NCBI GenBank assembly: GCA_032718475.1
Contig: JAUCBJ010003790.1
Span: 108,028 to 172,027, forward strand
Length of the DNA stretch: 64,000 nucleotides
Direction of reading: 5' to 3'
Source of the DNA: Nemertoderma westbladi
Taxonomy: Eukaryota > Animalia > Xenacoelomorpha
The notes beneath the pieces were generated by a model. That model did not search any database. It saw nothing but the letters and a program-made list of their open reading frames with translations, and was not told the DNA's origin. The translations under genes were made by a program, and so were the position numbers. The first letter of the stretch is position 1; every line of letters starts with the position of its first letter. Below are positions 43,683 to 59,600 of the stretch, piece by piece.

Positions 43683-45336
43683 TACACCATGACCCGTAAT
43701 ATAGTGTCATTTTCTGATGACACGGACCCCCCCCCCCCCCCCCCCCCACAATTTTTCTACAAATCTTTATCATATTGCTTGAAATTTGAAACACAACTAG
43801 TTCAACTCACTGTGGTTGTTACCATGAAGCCGGAATTTTCGACTCTGCCTTTAAATTTTTTTATAAGCGTTTTAAAAAAGTGTCTTTTGCGAAATCGCAC
43901 CGTCCGTATCATTGCCATTCTCCACATTAGTCGTATTTTTTTAATATCAACAGAAAGCTTGCGATGCAAGGATTTCAAATATGTAACAATATCTGAATTT
44001 CGTTGAGAAACAGCTGAGATATAGGCGTTCAAAGATTGCAAGAATTATTGTTCGCTGCAGGCCATTTATTCTATCTAATAAATACACAAAATTCTAGAAC
44101 TTAGTGTTATTTTTATTTTATGAGTTGGTTGGCAACATCGGTATGCGTATATACAATATCTATATTGCGTAGGTAATCATACATAAACAAATTGTTCCAG
44201 AATATTGTGTATTTATTAGATAGAAAAAAATTCGACTGGGCGGGAGTCAGGGATTTGGACAGGGAGATGTACCCCTCTCCCTAACTCCCCTTTAATTTAT
44301 ACATTCACTGTTACCATAATTTATTGTTATCTTTACTTTATTTCACCTTAAACTATTAATGTTGTTTTGAGTTAATGTTTACATTTTTTACAAAGTAGTT
44401 ATAAACTCTACACCCGAGAATATACAGTAAACACATGGTTATTTAATTATTCCGATATATTAATACTTTAATTATTATCATATATATACTTTCCTATTCT
44501 TGTATTATGTATATCCTTAAATAAACCAGGGTATTATTAATAGAATGATTAAAGATTTATTAGATAGAATAAATGGCCTGCAGCGAACAATAATTCTTGC
44601 AATCTTTGAACGCCTATATCTCAGCTGTTTCTCACCGAAATTCAAACATTGTTACATATTTGGAATCATTGGAACGCAAGCTTTTTGATAATATCTATAA
44701 AGCGAGGTTAATGTGAATAATGGCGATGATAGGAGATGTGCAATTTTGCAAATAACACTTTTTTAAAACGCTTATAAAATAATTTAAAGGCAGAATCGAA
44801 AATTCCGGCTTCATGGTAACAACTACGGTGAGTTGAACTAGTTGTGTTTCAAATTTCAATCAATATGATAAAGATGGGTGACAGACCGAACGTAATCAGG
44901 ATCGAATGTAACATAGTTTTTACGAATCGAACGAAACCTCAATTATGTTACATTGGATCCTATAACTACAGTAGTGTTTTGATTTCAGGAGTTAACCGAT
45001 GAAATGCTTCGTATAATTACAGGAAGAAACAGTTTGGTGTTGGTGAGTACAAAACAAAGACCCAAGACCCAACTAAAGTAACCTGCATGATCGTAACATG
45101 TGTTAACTTTTGTTTATTGTTTTGGTTGCCCCAACATGTTACATTCGAGCTTAGTAATTTGTAGATCGAATGTAAATAATTGCGGTTACGTTCGATAGGT
45201 AATAACTATGTTACATTCGATCGTGATTACGTTCGGTCAAGTATCCGATAAAGATTAGTAGAAAAATTTGGGGGGGGGGGGGGGGGGGGGGTCCGTGTCA
45301 TCGGAAAATGACACTATATTACGGGTCATGGAGTAT
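43683..45336. mobile_element. Foldback/MITE element with ~400-bp inverted arms
   Basis: CCATGACCCGTAATATAGTGTCATTTTC...poly-C at the left mirrors poly-G...GAAAATGACACTATATTACGGGTCATGG at the right; 43765-44083 mirrors 44554-44875. Confidence 0.88.
44876..45246. mobile_element. Nested MITE with a 9-bp target-site duplication (Mutator-like)
   Basis: Inverted ends GACCGAACGTAATC..GATCGAATGTAACATAGTT; GATAAAGAT is duplicated at 44867-44875 and 45247-45255. Confidence 0.85.
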
Positions 45337-45842
45337 ATTCATATCAAGAACTACCAGTAGTCCTTGATTCATATATAACACTTTCAGTCTCACATATCCT
45401 TTCATATCCACATCACTGTATCATACTACACTACAGCTGTACAGCTTTTATAATCTACACTCCACAGTACGAGTACAGCAGCAACAGTAGGCCCCTACTT
45501 ACTAATACAGTAATCAGGTAATACAGTAATAGGCCTACAGCTACAATACCCCAGCCTACTGGCCTACTGCTGTACTCTGGTACTGTACGCATACCCCATA
45601 CGGCTACGGCAGTCCCTTACACCTTAGGTAGGCCTACCTAAGCTACCGGTACTTGACGGTTGACAGGTTGACGCTGACAGTTTTACGGTAATTGCTATAA
45701 ACTGCGACACTGGCTGACTGGTCTCTGCAGGTAGCTTTACTGCTTTAACTCTCATCTCCTTACTGCCTTACTGTATTCTGGCATCTGGTAGGCTTATATA
45801 ATAAATTACCGTGTAATACTGTAATATACAGATATATTAGCG

Positions 45843-46352
45843 ATGGAGGACCCAGCTGCCGATTTCCTAGCCCGCGAGCAGGAGCAGTTGGCTGGAATCG
45901 ACGATTTCGATGGTCTCACCAACGGCTACACGGTAGAGGAAGAGGAAACCCCTCCGGTCCCGGACGCGTACGCCTCGATCCGGACGGCGGACGCGGTGCA
46001 GCAGGAGCCGGAAACCATCCGCCGCTGGCGGGAGGAGAACCGCCGTCGACTCGAGGAGAAGGACTCACAGGAAGCGGAGCGGTTGGAGGCCCTCCGGAAC
46101 GCGGCAACCAGCGACCTGGAGGAGTGGTACAACCGCTACTCCGAGCAGATGAAACACACGAAGGAGCACAACCGGTCGGTGGACGAGGAACAGCGCCTCG
46201 CGCGGGTGTCCCCGGAACCGGGGGCCACCGAGTGGCCCAGGGTCGCGGGATTCTGCGACTTCTCCACCAAGGCCGGAGTCGGGAAGTCTCGGGACGTCTC
46301 CCGTATGAAGACGTTGTTGCTGAGTCTCAAGGCGAACCCCGATAAGCGTTAG
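45843..46352 (+). CDS. Clc: Clathrin light chain, intronless ORF of 169 aa
   Basis: N-terminal DPAADFLAREQ consensus, central EPETIRRWREE...LEEWY heavy-chain-binding helix, C-terminal WxRVxxxCDF...SRDVSRM..LLLSLK. GC-rich against AT-rich flanks; AATAAA near 46498 and 46577. Confidence 0.93.
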   Translation: MEDPAADFLAREQEQLAGIDDFDGLTNGYTVEEEETPPVPDAYASIRTADAVQQEPETIRRWREENRRRLEEKDSQEAERLEALRNAATSDLEEWYNRYSEQMKHTKEHNRSVDEEQRLARVSPEPGATEWPRVAGFCDFSTKAGVGKSRDVSRMKTLLLSLKANPDKR

Positions 46353-46799
46353 AACTCGTTCCCATCCCAGCCCCCGACTCTATGTAGTTTGTGTGTTGCC
46401 GTGGTGCAAATAATATTTAAGGTAGTTTTCTGTTGATATTGTCTCCTTGTTACTTCGTGTTTTACATTAGATGGATTAACTCTAGTTATTTACATTAAAT
46501 AAACTCGCTCGCCGCTCCCGTTCCTTTACGATTAATTAATAGAATTTAAGGGATTATTTTATTTCGGTCTTCTAAATAAATAAAATCCTTTATTGTTAAT
46601 AACAAATTAATAAAAGCTAATAAATGTTTTTATTAATTTACTATTGGCTTTGATTTATTTCTTGGGAATTATTATTAGAGTAAAATAAAGTGATTTATTT
46701 ACTTACTTTTGTGTAAAGTAACTCTTTATAATGTGCCGATTTGAGTTGTTTGATACTCGAACTATTTTGTAGTGAATGACTCGAGGAAGAACAGAACGA

Positions 46800-47470
46800 C
46801 GTAATAACTATATACATACTTGTGTGTAAAGTAGCACTTTACAGTGTGATGATCCGTGTGGCTTTGCTACACGAACGAACGTTAGTGAGTGAGTGAAAAT
46901 AAAGCCACAAGGATCAGAACACTGTAAAGTACTTTGTAACAAGTATGTATGTAGTTTTATTCCAAAATTGTAACATTACGAAATGATTGTACATTACATT
47001 ATAAGTGATAGAAACTGCACAAATTATATTAGTTGCTGAATAAATAAATGTAAAACTGACATAAATTATGTTATAAATAAGTTAGCTTATATTTATGGTG
47101 ACGTTTGGAGCCATGTTAATATTTTATAGCTACTGGTTATTAATATCTACCGCCTACCGGTAGGTATTGCAGTAGGCCTATCTGGCTGTCAAGCAAATTT
47201 CCACCTATTGTTTACGTGGTATCCAATGACGGCGTTAAGTAATGTCCCCTTAGTGGACATTACTTAACGCAGTCATGGTTACCACGTAAACAATAACACC
47301 AAATACAATACTAAATGTACGCAGGCCATTACAATGCTGTAATGTCCTCTAAAGTTGTAAAGTGCTAAATAACAACTCGCTGTTAATACTAACGACGTTG
47401 AGTAATGTTTCAATTTTGAATAAAGTACTTTACAACAAGTTTTATTCCAAAATTATAATATTACGAAATA
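46800..47470. repeat. Cluster of long palindromes and a direct repeat, probably a non-autonomous DNA element
   Basis: Hairpins at 46803-46961 and 47207-47294; 46926-46984 is imperfectly repeated at 47421-47469. Confidence 0.6.
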
Positions 47471-47631
47471 CGATTTGATTACATTTTTATATATAAAAAC
47501 ATCGATAAAAGCTTTATTGATAAAGAAAGTTTAATAGTTTTGTTAAATTCGGCAACTTTTAGAAAATATTTTGATCAAGTAACTCAACGCAACAGGGTAG
47601 ATAAAGTTTACAATCAACCCCAGTAGAATAA

Positions 47632-50600
47632 AGGATTAATATATAAACCAAATGAGTTCCTTTATCCAAAAATAAGGATTAATATATAAACCAAATGAGT
47701 TTACTTTATCCCACAATAAGGATTAATATATAAACTAAATGAGTTTACTTTATCCAACAATAAGGATTAATATATAAACCAAATGAGTTTACTTTATCCC
47801 ACAATAAGGATTAATATATAAACCAAATGAGTTTACTTTATCCCACAATAAGGATTAATATATAAACCAAATGAGTTTACTTTATCCCACAATAAGGATT
47901 AATATATAAACCAAATGAGTTTACTTTATCCCACAATAAGGATTAATATATAAACCAAATGAGTTTACTATATCCCACAATAAGGATTAATATATAAACC
48001 AAATGAGTTTACTTTATCCCACAATAAGGATTAATATATAAACCAAATGAGTTCCTTTATCCCACAATAAGGATTAATATATAAACCAAATGAGTTTACT
48101 TTATCCCACAATAAGGATTAATATATAAACCAAATGAGTTCCTTTATCCCACAATAAGGATTAATATATAAACCAAATTAGTTTACTTTATCCCACAATA
48201 AGGATTAATATATAAACCAAATAAGTTTTCTTTATCCAACAATAAGGATTAATATATAAACCAAATTAGTTTACTTTATCCCACAATAAGGATTAATATA
48301 TAAACCAAATGAGTTTACTTTATCCCACAATAAGGATTAATATATAAACCAAATGAGTTTACTTTATCCCACAATAAGGATTAATATATAAACCAAATGA
48401 GTTTACTTTATCCCACAATAAGGATTAATATATAAACCAAATAAGTTTTCTTTATCCAACAATAAGGATTAATATATAAACCAAATGAGTTCCTTTATCC
48501 AACAATAAGGATTAATATATAAACCAAATGAGTTCCTTTATCCCACAATAAGGATTAATATATAAACCAAATGAGTTTACTTTATCCCACAATAAGGATT
48601 AATATATAAACCAAATAAGTTTTCTTTATCCAACAATAAGGATTAATATATAAACCAAATGAGTTCCTTTATCCAACAATAAGGATTAATATATAAACCA
48701 AATGAGTTCCTTTATCCCACAATAAGGATTAATATATAAACCAAATGAGTTTACTTTATCCCACAATAAGGATTAATATATAAACCAAATGAGTTCCTTT
48801 ATCCCACAATAAGGATTAATATATAAACCAAATGAGTTTACTTTATCCCACAATAAGGATTAATATATAAACCAAATGAGTTTACTTTATCCCACAATAA
48901 GGATTAATATATAAACCAAATGAGTTCCTTTATCCCACAATAAGGATTAATATATAAACCAAATGAGTTCCTTTATCCAACAATAAGGATTAATATATAA
49001 ACCAAATGAGTTTACTTTATCCCACAATAAGGATTAATATATAAACCAAATGAGTTCCTTTATCCCACAATAAGGATTAATATATAAACCAAATGAGTTT
49101 ACTTTATCCCACAATAAGGATTAATATATAAACCAAATAAGTTTTCTTTATCCAACAATAAGGATTAATATATAAACCAAATGAGTTCCTTTATCCCACA
49201 ATAAGGATTAATATATAAACCAAATGAGTTCCTTTATCCCACAATAAGGATTAATATATAAACCAAATGAGTTTACTTTATCCCACAATAAGGATTAATA
49301 TATAAACCAAATGAGTTTACTTTATCCCACAATAAGGATTAATATATAAACCAAATGAGTTCCTTTATCCAACAATAAGGATTAATATATAAACCAAATG
49401 AGTTCCTTTATCCAACAATAAGGATTAATATATAAACCAAATGAGTTTACTTTATCCCACAATAAGGATTAATATATAAACCAAATGAGTTTACTTTATC
49501 CCACAATAAGGATTAATATATAAACCAAATGAGTTTACTTTACCCCACAATAAGGATTAATATATAAACCAAATGAGTTCCTTTATCCAACAATAAGGAT
49601 TAATATATAAACCAAATGAGTTTACTTTATCCAACAATAAGGATTAATATATAAACCAAATGAGTTTACTTTATCCCACAATAAGGATTAATATATAAAC
49701 CAAATGAGTTTACTTTATCCAACAATAAGGATTAATATATAAACCAAATGAGTTCCTTTATCCCACAATAAGGATTAATATATAAACCAAATGAGTTCAT
49801 TTATCCCACAATAAGGATTAATATATAAACCAAATGAGTTCCTTTATCCAACAATAAGGATTAATATATAAACCAAATGAGTTCCTTTATCCCACAATAA
49901 GGATTAATATATAAACCAAATGAGTTTACTTTATCCAACAATAAGGATTAATATATAAACCAAATGAGTTTACTTTATCCCACAATAAGGATTAATATAT
50001 AAACCAAATGAGTTTACTTTATCCCACAATAAGGATTAATATATAAACCAAATGAGTTTACTTTATCCCACAATAAGGATTAATATATAAACCAAATGAG
50101 TTCCTTTATCCAACAATAAGGATTAATATATAAACCAAATGAGTTTACTTTATCCCACAATAAGGATTAATATATAAACCAAATGAGTTTACTTTATCCC
50201 ACAATAAGGATTAATATATAAACCAAATGAGTTCCTTTATCCCACAATAAGGATTAATATATAAACCAAATGAGTTCCTTTATCCCACAATAAGGATTAA
50301 TATATAAACCAAATGAGTTCATTTATCCCACAATAAGGATTAATATATAAACCAAATGAGTTCCTTTATCCAACAATAAGGATTAATATATAAACCAAAT
50401 GAGTTCCTTTATCCCACAATAAGGATTAATATATAAACCAAATGAGTTCATTTATCCCACAATAAGGATTAATATATAAACCAAATGAGTTTACTTTATC
50501 CAACAATAAGGATTAATATATAAACCAAATGAGTTCCTTTATCCCACAATAAGGATTAATATATAAACCAAATGAGTTTACTTTATCCAACAATAAGGAT

Positions 50601-53600
50601 TAATATATAAACCAAATGAGTTTACTTTATCCCACAATAAGGATTAATATATAAACCAAATGAGTTTACTTTATCCCACAATAAGGATTAATATATAAAC
50701 CAAATGAGTTTACTTTATCCCACAATAAGGATTAATATATAAACCAAATGAGTTTACTTTATCCAACAATAAGGATTAATATATAAACCAAATGAGTTTA
50801 CTTTATCCCACAATAAGGATTAATATATAAACCAAATGAGTTCCTTTATCCAACAATAAGGATTAATATATAAACCAAATGAGTTTACTTTATCCCACAA
50901 TAAGGATTAATATATAAACCAAATGAGTTTACTTTATCCCACAATAAGGATTAATATATAAACCAAATGAGTTTACTTTATCCCTCAATAAGGATTAATA
51001 TATAAACCAAATGAGTTTACTTTATCCCACAATAAGGATTAATATATAAACCAAATAAGTTTTCTTTATCCAACAATAAGGATTAATATATAAACCAAAT
51101 GAGTTCCTTTATCCCACAATAAGGATTAATATATAAACCAAATGAGTTCCTTTATCCCACAATAAGGATTAATATATAAACCAAATGAGTTTACTTTATC
51201 CCACAATAAGGATTAATATATAAACCAAATTAGTTTACTTTATCCCACAATAAGGATTAATATATAAACCAAATGAGTTCCTTTATCCCACAATAAGGAT
51301 TAATATATAAACCAAATGAGTTTACTTTATCCCACAATAAGGATTAATATATAAACCAAATGAGTTCCTTTATCCCACAATACGGATTAATATATAAACC
51401 AAATGAGTTTACTTTATCCCACAATAAGGATTAATATATAAACTAAATGAGTTTACTTTATCCAACAATAAGGATTAATATATAAACCAAATGAGTTTAC
51501 TTTATCCCACAATAAGGATTAATATATAAACCAAATGAGTTTACTTTATCCCACAATAAGGATTAATATATAAACCAAATGAGTTTACTTTACCCCACAA
51601 TAAGGATTAATATATAAACCAAATGAGTTTACTTTATCCCACAATAAGGATTAATATATAAACCAAATGAGTTCCTTTATCCCACAATAAGGATTAATAT
51701 ATAAACCAAATGAGTTCCTTTATCCAACAATAAGGATTAATATATAAACCAAATGAGTTTACTATATCCCACAATAAGGATTAATATATAAACCAATTGA
51801 GTTTACTTTATCCCACAATAAGGATTAATATATAAACCAAATGAGTTTACTTTATCCAACAATAAGGATTAATATATAAACCAAATGAGTTCCTTTATCC
51901 AACAATAAGGATTAATATATAAACCAAATGAGTTTACTTTATCCCACAATAAGGATTAATATATAAACCAAATGAGTTTACTTTATCCCACAATAAGGAT
52001 TAATATATAAACCAAATGAGTTTACTTTACCCCACAATAAGGATTAATATATAAACCAAATGAGTTCCTTTATCCAACAATAAGGATTAATATATAAACC
52101 AAATGAGTTTACTTTATCCAACAATAAGGATTAATATATAAACCAAATGAGTTTACTTTATCCCACAATAAGGATTAATATATAAACCAAATGAGTTTAC
52201 TTTATCCAACAATAAGGATTAATATATAAACCAAATGAGTTCCTTTATCCCACAATAAGGATTAATATATAAACCAAATGAGTTCCTTTATCCCACAATA
52301 AGGATTAATATATAAACCAAATGAGTTCCTTTATCCCACAATAAGGATTAATATATAAACCAAATGAGTTTACTTTATCCCACAATAAGGATTAATATAT
52401 AAACCAAATGAGTTCCTTTATCCAACAATAAGGATTAATATATAAACCAAATGGGTTTACTTTATCCCACAATAAGGATTAATATATAAACCAAATGAGT
52501 TCATTTATCCCACAATAAGGATTAATATATAAACCAAATGAGTTCCTTTATCCAACAATAAGGATTAATATATAAACCAAATGAGTTTACTTTATCCCAC
52601 AATAAGGATTAATATATAAACCAAATGAGTTTACTTTATCCCATAATAAGGATTAATATATAAACCAAATGAGTTTACTTTATCCCACAATAAGGATTAA
52701 TATATAAACCAAATGAGTTCCTTTATCCCACAATAAGGATTAATATATAAACCAAATGAGTTTACTTTATCCCACAATAAGGATTAATATATAAACCAAA
52801 TGAGTTTACTTTATCCCACAATAAGGATTAATATATAAACCAAATGAGTTTACTTTATCCAACAATAAGGATTAATATATAAACCAAATGAGTTTACTTT
52901 ATCCCACAATAAGGATTAATATATAAACCAAATGAGTTTACTTTATCCCACAATAAGGATTAATATATAAACCAAATGAGTTTACTTTATCCCACAATAA
53001 GGATTAATATATAAACCAAATGAGTTTACTTTATCCAACAATAAGGATTAATATATAAACCAAATGAGTTTACTTTATCCCACAATAAGGATTAATATAT
53101 AAACCAAATGAGTTTACTTTATCCCACAATAAGGATTAATATATAAACCAAATGAGTTTACTTTATCCCACAATAAGGATTAATATATAAACCAAATGAG
53201 TTTACTTTATCCCACAATAAGGATTAATATATAAACCAAATGAGTTTACTTTATCCCATAATAAGGATTAATATATAAACCAAATGAGTTTACTTTATCC
53301 CACAATAAGGATTAATATATAAACCAAATGAGTTCCTTTATCCCACAATAAGGATTAATATATAAACCAAATGAGTTTACTTTATCCCACAATAAGGATT
53401 AATATATAAACCAAATGAGTTTACTTTATCCCACAATAAGGATTAATATATAAACCAAATGAGTTTACTTTATCCAACAATAAGGATTAATATATAAACC
53501 AAATGAGTTTACTTTATCCCACAATAAGGATTAATATATAAACCAAATGAGTTCCTTTATCCAACAATAAGGATTAATATATAAACCAAATGAGTTCCTT

Positions 53601-56600
53601 TATCCCACAATAAGGATTAATATATAAACCAAATGAGTTCCTTTATCCAACAATAAGGATTAATATATAAACCAAATGAGTTTACTTTATCCCACAATAA
53701 GGATTAATATATAAACCAAATGAGTTTACTTTATCCCACAATAAGGATTAATATATAAACCAAATGAGTTCCTTTATCCCACAATAAGGATTAATATATA
53801 AACCAAATGAGTTCCTTTATCCCACAATAAGGATTAATATATAAACCAAATGAGTTCATTTATCCCACAATAAGGATTAATATATAAACCAAATGAGTTC
53901 CTTTATCCAACAATAAGGATTAATATATAAACCAAATGAGTTCCTTTATCCCACAATAAGGATTAATATATAAACCAAATGAGTTCATTTATCCCACAAT
54001 AAGGATTAATATATAAACCAAATGAGTTTACTTTATCCAACAATAAGGATTAATATATAAACCAAATGAGTTCCTTTATCCCACAATAAGGATTAATATA
54101 TAAACCAAATGAGTTTACTTTATCCAACAATAAGGATTAATATATAAACCAAATGAGTTTACTTTATCCCACAATAAGGATTAATATATAAACCAAATGA
54201 GTTTACTTTATCCCACAATAAGGATTAATATATAAACCAAATGAGTTTACTTTATCCCACAATAAGGATTAATATATAAACCAAATGAGTTCCTTTATCC
54301 AACAATAAGGATTAATATATAAACCAAATGAGTTTACTTTATCCCACAATAAGGATTAATATATAAACCAAATGAGTTTACTTTATCCCACAATAAGGAT
54401 TAATATATAAACCAAATGAGTTTACTTTATCCCTCAATAAGGATTAATATATAAACCAAATGAGTTTACTTTATCCCACAATAAGGATTAATATATAAAC
54501 CAAATAAGTTTTCTTTATCCAACAATAAGGATTAATATATAAACCAAATGAGTTCCTTTATCCCACAATAAGGATTAATATATAAACCAAATGAGTTCCT
54601 TTATCCCACAATAAGGATTAATATATAAACCAAATGAGTTTACTTTATCCCACAATAAGGATTAATATATAAACCAAATTAGTTTACTTTATCCCACAAT
54701 AAGGATTAATATATAAACCAAATGAGTTCCTTTATCCCACAATAAGGATTAATATATAAACCAAATGTGTTTACTTTATCCCACAATAAGGATTAATATA
54801 TAAACCAAATGAGTTCCTTTATCCCACAATACGGATTAATATATAAACCAAATGAGTTTACTTTATCCCACAATAAGGATTAATATATAAACTAAATGAG
54901 TTTACTTTATCCAACAATAAGGATTAATATATAAACCAAATGAGTTTACTTTATCCCACAATAAGGATTAATATATAAACCAAATGAGTTTACTTTATCC
55001 CACAATAAGGATTAATATATAAACCAAATGAGTTTACTTTACCCCACAATAAGGATTAATATATAAACCAAATGAGTTTACTTTATCCCACAATAAGGAT
55101 TAATATATAAACCAAATGAGTTCCTTTATCCCACAATAAGGATTAATATATAAACCAAATGAGTTCCTTTATCCAACAATAAGGATTAATATATAAACCA
55201 AATGAGTTTACTATATCCCACAATAAGGATTAATATATAAACCAATTGAGTTTACTTTATCCCACAATAAGGATTAATATATAAACCAAATGAGTTTACT
55301 TTATCCAACAATAAGGATTAATATATAAACCAAATGAGTTCCTTTATCCAACAATAAGGATTAATATATAAACCAAATGAGTTTACTTTATCCCACAATA
55401 AGGATTAATATATAAACCAAATGAGTTTACTTTATCCCACAATAAGGATTAATATATAAACCAAATGAGTTTACTTTACCCCACAATAAGGATTAATATA
55501 TAAACCAAATGAGTTCCTTTATCCAACAATAAGGATTAATATATAAACCAAATGAGTTTACTTTATCCAACAATAAGGATTAATATATAAACCAAATGAG
55601 TTTACTTTATCCCACAATAAGGATTAATATATAAACCAAATGAGTTTACTTTATCCAACAATAAGGATTAATATATAAACCAAATGAGTTCCTTTATCCC
55701 ACAATAAGGATTAATATATAAACCAAATGAGTTCCTTTATCCCACAATAAGGATTAATATATAAACCAAATGAGTTCCTTTATCCCACAATAAGGATTAA
55801 TATATAAACCAAATGAGTTTACTTTATCCCACAATAAGGATTAATATATAAACCAAATGAGTTCCTTTATCCAACAATAAGGATTAATATATAAACCAAA
55901 TGGGTTTACTTTATCCCACAATAAGGATTAATATATAAACCAAATGAGTTCATTTATCCCACAATAAGGATTAATATATAAACCAAATGAGTTCCTTTAT
56001 CCAACAATAAGGATTAATATATAAACCAAATGAGTTTACTTTATCCCACAATAAGGATTAATATATAAACCAAATGAGTTTACTTTATCCCATAATAAGG
56101 ATTAATATATAAACCAAATGAGTTTACTTTATCCCACAATAAGGATTAATATATAAACCAAATGAGTTCCTTTATCCCACAATAAGGATTAATATATAAA
56201 CCAAATGAGTTTACTTTATCCCACAATAAGGATTAATATATAAACCAAATGAGTTTACTTTATCCCACAATAAGGATTAATATATAAACCAAATGAGTTT
56301 ACTTTATCCAACAATAAGGATTAATATATAAACCAAATGAGTTTACTTTATCCCACAATAAGGATTAATATATAAACCAAATGAGTTTACTTTATCCCAC
56401 AATAAGGATTAATATATAAACCAAATGAGTTTACTTTATCCCACAATAAGGATTAATATATAAACCAAATGAGTTTACTTTATCCAACAATAAGGATTAA
56501 TATATAAACCAAATGAGTTTACTTTATCCCACAATAAGGATTAATATATAAACCAAATGAGTTTACTTTATCCCACAATAAGGATTAATATATAAACCAA

Positions 56601-59600
56601 ATGAGTTTACTTTATCCCACAATAAGGATTAATATATAAACCAAATGAGTTTACTTTATCCCACAATAAGGATTAATATATAAACCAAATGAGTTTACTT
56701 TATCCCACAATAAGGATTAATATATAAACCAAATGAGTTTACTTTATCCCACAATAAGGATTAATATATAAACCAAATGAGTTTACTTTATCCCACAATA
56801 AGGATTAATATATAAACCAAATGAGTTCCTTTATCCAACAATAAGGATTAATATATAAACCAAATGAGTTTACTTTATCCCACAATAAGGATTAATATAT
56901 AAACCAAATGAGTTTACTTTATCCCACAATAAGGATTAATATATAAACCAAATGAGTTTACTTTATCCCTCAATAAGGATTAATATATAAACCAAATGAG
57001 TTTACTTTATCCCACAATAAGGATTAATATATAAACCAAATAAGTTTTCTTTATCCAACAATAAGGATTAATATATAAACCAAATGAGTTCCTTTATCCC
57101 ACAATAAGGATTAATATATAAACCAAATGAGTTCCTTTATCCCACAATAAGGATTAATATATAAACCAAATGAGTTTACTTTATCCCACAATAAGGATTA
57201 ATATATAAACCAAATTAGTTTACTTTATCCCACAATAAGGATTAATATATAAACCAAATGAGTTCCTTTATCCCACAATAAGGATTAATATATAAACCAA
57301 ATGTGTTTACTTTATCCCACAATAAGGATTAATATATAAACCAAATGAGTTCCTTTATCCCACAATACGGATTAATATATAAACCAAATGAGTTTACTTT
57401 ATCCCACAATAAGGATTAATATATAAACTAAATGAGTTTACTTTATCCAACAATAAGGATTAATATATAAACCAAATGAGTTTACTTTATCCCACAATAA
57501 GGATTAATATATAAACCAAATGAGTTTACTTTATCCCACAATAAGGATTAATATATAAACCAAATGAGTTTACTTTACCCCACAATAAGGATTAATATAT
57601 AAACCAAATGAGTTTACTTTATCCCACAATAAGGATTAATATATAAACCAAATGAGTTCCTTTATCCCACAATAAGGATTAATATATAAACCAAATGAGT
57701 TCCTTTATCCAACAATAAGGATTAATATATAAACCAAATGAGTTCCTTTATCCAACAATAAGGATTAATATATAAACCAAATGAGTTTACTTTATCCCAC
57801 AATAAGGATTAATATATAAACCAAATGAGTTTACTTTATCCCACAATAAGGATTAATATATAAACCAAATGAGTTCCTTTATCCCACAATAAGGATTAAT
57901 ATATAAACCAAATGAGTTCCTTTATCCCACAATAAGGATTAATATATAAACCAAATGAGTTCATTTATCCCACAATAAGGATTAATATATAAACCAAATG
58001 AGTTCCTTTATCCAACAATAAGGATTAATATATAAACCAAATGAGTTCCTTTATCCCACAATAAGGATTAATATATAAACCAAATGAGTTCACTTTATCC
58101 CACAATAAGGATTAATATATAAACCAAATGAGTTTACTTTATCCAACAATAAGGATTAATATATAAACCAAATGAGTTCCTTTATCCCACAATAAGGATT
58201 AATATATAAACCAAATGAGTTTACTTTATCCAACAATAAGGATTAATATATAAACCAAATGAGTTTACTTTATCCCACAATAAGGATTAATATATAAACC
58301 AAATGAGTTTACTTTATCCCACAATAAGGATTAATATATAAACCAAATGAGTTTACTTTATCCCACAATAAGGATTAATATATAAACCAAATGAGTTCCT
58401 TTATCCAACAATAAGGATTAATATATAAACCAAATGAGTTTACTTTATCCCACAATAAGGATTAATATATAAACCAAATGAGTTTACTTTATCCCACAAT
58501 AAGGATTAATATATAAACCAAATGAGTTTACTTTATCCCTCAATAAGGATTAATATATAAACCAAATGAGTTTACTTTATCCCACAATAAGGATTAATAT
58601 ATAAACCAAATAAGTTTTCTTTATCCAACAATAAGGATTAATATATAAACCAAATGAGTTCCTTTATCCCACAATAAGGATTAATATATAAACCAAATGA
58701 GTTCCTTTATCCCACAATAAGGATTAATATATAAACCAAATGAGTTTACTTTATCCCACAATAAGGATTAATATATAAACCAAATTAGTTTACTTTATCC
58801 CACAATAAGGATTAATATATAAACCAAATGAGTTCCTTTATCCCACAATAAGGATTAATATATAAACCAAATGTGTTTACTTTATCCCACAATAAGGATT
58901 AATATATAAACCAAATGAGTTCCTTTATCCCACAATAAGGATTAATATATAAACCAAATGAGTTTACTTTATCCCACAATAAGGATTAATATATAAACTA
59001 AATGAGTTTACTTTATCCAACAATAAGGATTAATATATAAACCAAATGAGTTTACTTTATCCCACAATAAGGATTAATATATAAACCAAATGAGTTTACT
59101 TTATCCCACAATAAGGATTAATATATAAACCAAATGAGTTTACTTTACCCCACAATAAGGATTAATATATAAACCAAATGAGTTTACTTTATCCCACAAT
59201 AAGGATTAATATATAAACCAAATGAGTTCCTTTATCCCACAATAAGGATTAATATATAAACCAAATGAGTTCCTTTATCCAACAATAAGGATTAATATAT
59301 AAACCAAATGAGTTTACTATATCCCACAATAAGGATTAATATATAAACCAATTGAGTTTACTTTATCCCACAATAAGGATTAATATATAAACCAAATGAG
59401 TTTACTTTATCCAACAATAAGGATTAATATATAAACCAAATGAGTTCCTTTATCCAACAATAAGGATTAATATATAAACCAAATGAGTTTACTTTATCCC
59501 ACAATAAGGATTAATATATAAACCAAATGAGTTTACTTTATCCCACAATAAGGATTAATATATAAACCAAATGAGTTTACTTTACCCCACAATAAGGATT

